Below the pieces are notes generated by a model that was given only the letters and a program-made list of their open reading frames with translations, was not told the origin of the DNA and ran no database searches. A stretch of 64,000 bases of DNA from Candidatus Omnitrophota bacterium. GTDB taxonomy: Bacteria > Omnitrophota > Gorgyraeia > Gorgyraeales > Gorgyraeaceae. The position numbers and the translations under genes were made by a program. Location: contig JAUSEX010000020.1 of assembly GCA_030649895.1 (NCBI GenBank), forward strand, positions 23,109 through 87,108. The letters are read 5' to 3'. Shown here piece after piece: positions 60,621 through 64,000 of this stretch (position 1 is the first letter of the stretch; every line of letters starts with the position of its first letter).

Positions 60621-60843
60621 GCCCCTCCCGTATCGTGAGATTCTCTCAAAGTTAAGAGAATTTGGCGTCCAAGAGATTAAAAGAAAAGGTGTTAAAATAA
60701 TATTATTTCATCCTAACGTTAATGGAAAGCCAGCTTCTTATCCTATGGATATTCATAAAGAGAGTCAGGTATTCAGTAGACCTGTTGTAAGGGCCATTAG
60801 AAATAGGTTCAATATTCCATTGGAGCAGTTTTATTCAAGATAG
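60604..60843 (+). CDS. HicA-like toxin (atypical)
   Basis: PLPYREIL.KLREFG...RKG, size 79 aa, overlaps the HicB-like gene. Confidence 0.6.
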   Translation: MHTQDKPLPYREILSKLREFGVQEIKRKGVKIILFHPNVNGKPASYPMDIHKESQVFSRPVVRAIRNRFNIPLEQFYSR

Positions 60844-60899
60844 ACATCGCAAGCCATAGCCATTCCTTCCGACTGAAAGCCAGCCAATAAAATAAGTCC

Positions 60900-61027
60900 T
60901 TGTGTTCATAAGAGAGAATTGATATAATTTTAGTATGAGCTTCCAGACATCTCAATTTAAATTGTGGCGGAAACGCTACGGAAAGACCCTTGTGCTTTGA
61001 GTCTGGATCTCGCACGGGGGTTTTTTA
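60900..61027 (+). ncRNA. Putative small RNA with its own promoter and terminator
   Basis: TTGTGT-17-TATAAT (with TG extension), GAAA-tetraloop hairpin, GC stem plus T6. Confidence 0.4.
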
Positions 61028-61163
61028 TTCAGAATAGGTTTCAGAAACTAATAGTGATATACCTTCCGACTGCGCACAGTCGGCCGAATGAGAAGATAGC
61101 TCGTCTACGGCTCGCAAGCCGTAGTTTACATAACGAAAGTTATGTAAAAGAGCTAAGCCAGTA

Positions 61164-61420
61164 ATCACCGACCGTTATAGAGGTAATAAAGCTAAAGGGC
61201 ATACAGGCATTAAGCACGAACCCGCCTACATAGTAGACGGGACACAGTCATCACGCCGCGCGTGATGTCTGTGGGTGATTAAAGGTAAATAGTGGCATAT
61301 TCTTGAGGCAAACCACAAGAATGTGCCTCTATTTACCGCTGCCTGTATGCGTTCCTTAAATTCTTTATTACCTCTGTAACGGGAACCGACTATAGTGGAC
61401 ACTATAGGCGGTTAGGTGAT
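61164..61420. ncRNA. Large multibranched structured element (ncRNA or ssDNA structure), family unknown
   Basis: Nested long stems including a 20-bp helix (61172-61191/61363-61382) and an 11-bp helix (61199-61209/61340-61350). Confidence 0.5.
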
Positions 61421-61559
61421 GTATGGCGGTTCTTCGAATGGGCTTGTGATGTTGATGTGTTGAAGAGTTTCTATGCGTATTAACGTATGCCAGGGACACT
61501 GAGACGCTTGGAATATCGAAGACAAACGGATACACAATGGCGATGATAGTTTTTAGTAG

Positions 61560-61940
61560 TCGCAGCGAACCTGAACAATCGAAGCGTTCGCATTGGACAC
61601 ATTGATGGATTTGACATATCGCAGCGAACCTAAATAGTCGAAGATGTTGCCTAAGACGGCGGGCAGTTTAATTTGTTGAAGCGTTCGCATTGGACGCATG
61701 TTGGAGTTGAATATCACGCGAAACGTACTCACATAGAGTGTGGCTCGGATGAAGATGTAGCGCAGCGAAGCGCGCCTCCGAAGGACGACTCGCCGAATAG
61801 GCGAGACGGCGCGCGGAGCGGAGCGGGTCAACGCTGAAGATGTAGCGACACGACGAATAGGAGTGTCGCGGGCATAGGAAAGGAGAAGCTCGTTCTCGCG
61901 AGAAGCGAGAACGAGCGGACGACTGGCAGTTTAATTTGAA
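61560..61940. repeat. Mosaic of shuffled short direct repeats and hairpins
   Basis: TCGCAGCGAACCT x2, GAAGCGTTCGCATTGGAC x2, GAAGATGT x3, GGCAGTTTAATTTG x2. Confidence 0.7.
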
Positions 61941-62219
61941 GTAATGAGCGCGAAGCGGCCGTAAAGTTTCATTGATTTTTCTTTCTTTTTAAGAACAATT
62001 TTTTAGTTTAACTTTAACACAATAAAACCGTGAAAAAAATAGAACTTTCAAGATTAAACATAGGTATGGTTCCAGCTCATACTCGGGGCAAAAACAATTT
62101 TGGGGGGAGAAAAAACAATGAATAGTTACTTGGTAACCTTGATACAAGCGAAGTAAAAAGTTTTGTTAGATGTCCAGAGAAAATAGCCTTTCATGAATAT
62201 ATAAGAGTAAGGAGCATAA

Positions 62220-62603
62220 ATGAGAAAGATCTTAGCGTTGTTATTGTGTTTGGGGTTGTGTGGATGTGCTTCTCTGAGTGGAGTTAGGACAATGAATAGG
62301 GAAAACTTATTGAAGTTATCTATTGGAATGACCAAACAAGAGGCGTTGAATGTTATGGGGACTAAGTCATTTGGAACATATACCGATGGTAGAATAAATA
62401 ATCCATATCGGAACGAAATTTTATCTAATAAAGAAGGCAAGGTCTTTGAAGTTTTATACTATTATACAGACGCAAAAAGGATAGACGGTGCTATTACCGA
62501 TGACGAACTTACTCCACTTATATTTGATAATGGAAAACTCACAGGTTGGGGTTGGAGTTTTCTACAGGATAATGTCCAGAAGTATGAATTGAGGATGAGA
62601 TAA
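62220..62603 (+). CDS. DUF3192-like lipoprotein
   Basis: Lipobox LCGC; NRENL.KL.IGM, LYYYT, DG.ITDDE.TPLIF..GKL.GWG. Confidence 0.75.
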   Translation: MRKILALLLCLGLCGCASLSGVRTMNRENLLKLSIGMTKQEALNVMGTKSFGTYTDGRINNPYRNEILSNKEGKVFEVLYYYTDAKRIDGAITDDELTPLIFDNGKLTGWGWSFLQDNVQKYELRMR

Positions 62604-62744
62604 ACTCCACTTTAGATACATAAAGCGAAGTTGAGAGAGGGAAAGATGCGTCAGAGATGCTGGCGAAAAGGTAATTTAATCCCTACAAGGAAATTTCAGA
62701 GAAAAGAAATTCGTATTAATTGTTAGAGTTAATTAAAAATATCT

Positions 62745-63467
62745 ATGCGAGAATCTAATAAATGTGTTATTTGTTTAAAGAATTTTAATAATTCTATTAA
62801 AGATGATTCCAAGACAGAGGAACACGTTTTTCCAAAATCATGGTATCCTGAAAGTACGCCCAATGACCTTGAAAAGTGGAAAGTTCCTTCATGCAGAAAA
62901 TGCAATAATGACTATAGCCTCTACGAGCAAAATTTATTAATTAGATTAGGTCTAGGTCTTTTTAAAAAAAATGAAAAATGTTCTGGAATAATAGAAAAAG
63001 CAAGGAGATCGATTGACCCAACATACGCAAAAAATGAGAGAGATAGGCAAAAAAGGTTAAAATGTAGAGAAGAAGTAATAAGAGATTTAAGTAGCTCAGA
63101 TAAGATATCTTCAAAAGGTATCTTGCCAAATTTTGGTGCTGATGAAAAAATCAAATATAAAGAATATCCTATTTTACTAATCAGAGCCGATTATTTAAAA
63201 AAGTTCGCCATTAAAATTGTCAGAGGGATGACATTCCTTTTTGATGGATTTTTGATAGAAGATGATTACGAGATCAATCATTTCTTTATAAAGGATGAAG
63301 AGCAAAAGCCTTTCATGGAAATTATAGATAAATTTGGAAGTACCGAACATAGAGGTCCTGGGATTGTTGTGGGACGAGCAGTAGTATTTGATGATCATAA
63401 ATCTTCTTTTTATAGAATTGATATTTGGGGGAAATTAAAAATTTTCGCAACTGTTAGAAGAAGGTGA
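62745..63467 (+). CDS. HNH-like (zinc-binding) endonuclease-domain protein
   Basis: CxxC ... TEEHVFPKSW ... VPSCRKCNN. Confidence 0.6.
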   Translation: MRESNKCVICLKNFNNSIKDDSKTEEHVFPKSWYPESTPNDLEKWKVPSCRKCNNDYSLYEQNLLIRLGLGLFKKNEKCSGIIEKARRSIDPTYAKNERDRQKRLKCREEVIRDLSSSDKISSKGILPNFGADEKIKYKEYPILLIRADYLKKFAIKIVRGMTFLFDGFLIEDDYEINHFFIKDEEQKPFMEIIDKFGSTEHRGPGIVVGRAVVFDDHKSSFYRIDIWGKLKIFATVRRR

Positions 63468-63522
63468 ATGATTTAAAATACTCTAATAAAGCGCTCATCT
63501 TTGTGTTAGACAGAAATAAAGA

Positions 63523-64000
63523 ATGATGATAAATATTACAATTACAGATATCAATGCTGTTTTAGGTATTTTATTTGGTCTCTCGGGTTTAACCCTTGCT
63601 ATTATAAATTATCATCGTGATAATCCGAAGATAGTTGTAGATTTGAGCTGGGATATGAGGATGATTGAAGTTGGTGGAGGGCCACAAAATACGGATAAGT
63701 TGCATGGTGTGATAACTGTAACAAATATTGGAAGAAGACCCATCTATATTAGTCACGTATCGTTAAAACTACCCTCAAAAGGTTATCTTCTCTTAATAGA
63801 AGGGGTATCAGGGCAGAAGCTTACTGAAGGAGATACACCAAGGACATTTACGGTTAGCCATGATCAAATAATTCAAAAAATTGGTGGGCGTTTACAAAAA
63901 CAACCGAATATGTGGAGACTAATAAGAGCTCAAGTTAGTGACTCAGCAGGTAAAGTATATTTATCAAAGAAAATAAAGAATTGCCCTGATTGGGCTAAAA
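63523..64000 (+). CDS. Hypothetical N-terminally membrane-anchored protein, 3'-truncated by the window
   Basis: Open frame MMINITITDINAVLGILFGLSGLTLAIINYHRDNPKI...TVTNIGRRPIYI to the window end. Confidence 0.7.
   Translation, partial: MMINITITDINAVLGILFGLSGLTLAIINYHRDNPKIVVDLSWDMRMIEVGGGPQNTDKLHGVITVTNIGRRPIYISHVSLKLPSKGYLLLIEGVSGQKLTEGDTPRTFTVSHDQIIQKIGGRLQKQPNMWRLIRAQVSDSAGKVYLSKKIKNCPDWAK

Larger units (their letters stand above)
59836..64000. mobile_element. Left part of an integrated genomic island inserted in tRNA-Thr
   Basis: Break at the anticodon loop, arm-like direct repeats (GAGCAGGC x2, TGGACAGCA x2), TA pair, AT-rich hypothetical cargo; no integrase in the window. Confidence 0.65.

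Noticed and set aside
60809-61831. ORFs 60809-61015, 60964-61164 and 61553-61831
   Set aside because: They overlap palindromic or repeat DNA and have no RBS or protein-like motifs.
61555-61965. CRISPR array
   Set aside because: Repeats are of several types, with only 2-3 copies each and irregular spacing; no cas genes are present.
60844-64000. Integron attC cassette array
   Set aside because: No convincing RYYYAAC...GTTRRRY sites of attC size between the genes; ACATAAC-GAAA-GTTATGT is only a tetraloop hairpin.

Overview
Bacterial chromosomal window, mostly housekeeping genes on the + strand: rpsO-pnp-uppP-ftsK-rodZ-rimO-pgsA-pgpA, an inverted cinA-thpR block, recA-degP-alaS-hisDBHAFI-trpEGDCF, apgM-lysC-cimA-valS-nadC-uvrB-birA-coaX, and mnmA-larE-tRNA(Met)-tilS-ftsH-folP-cdaA-pdxJ-acpS-nnrD-tRNA(Tyr). 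Gene content and style suggest a diderm, possibly Omnitrophota/PVC-like organism (inference only). Three things stand out. (1) A 9-gene cluster at 28.5-37.8 kb couples a fatty-acid import/activation/alpha-oxoamine-synthase module (Xis/BldC-like HTH, FadL, ACP, atypical AMP ligase, SPT/CqsA-like PLP enzyme) to a multi-TM GAF histidine kinase, a single-domain REC, a stand-alone DHp-like microprotein and a REC-GAF-HD-GYP protein. It is a candidate lipid/aminoketone signalling system feeding c-di-GMP. (2) Several families of tiny palindromic or heptamer elements occur, some inserted in-frame in essential genes; one family brackets every tRNA and a small GIY-YIG gene. (3) A tRNA-Thr(UGU) is cut exactly after its anticodon loop, marking the start of an integrated island with a hicBA-like pair, a long highly structured non-coding region and small cargo genes. 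All calls come from reading motifs by eye; no database searches were run.
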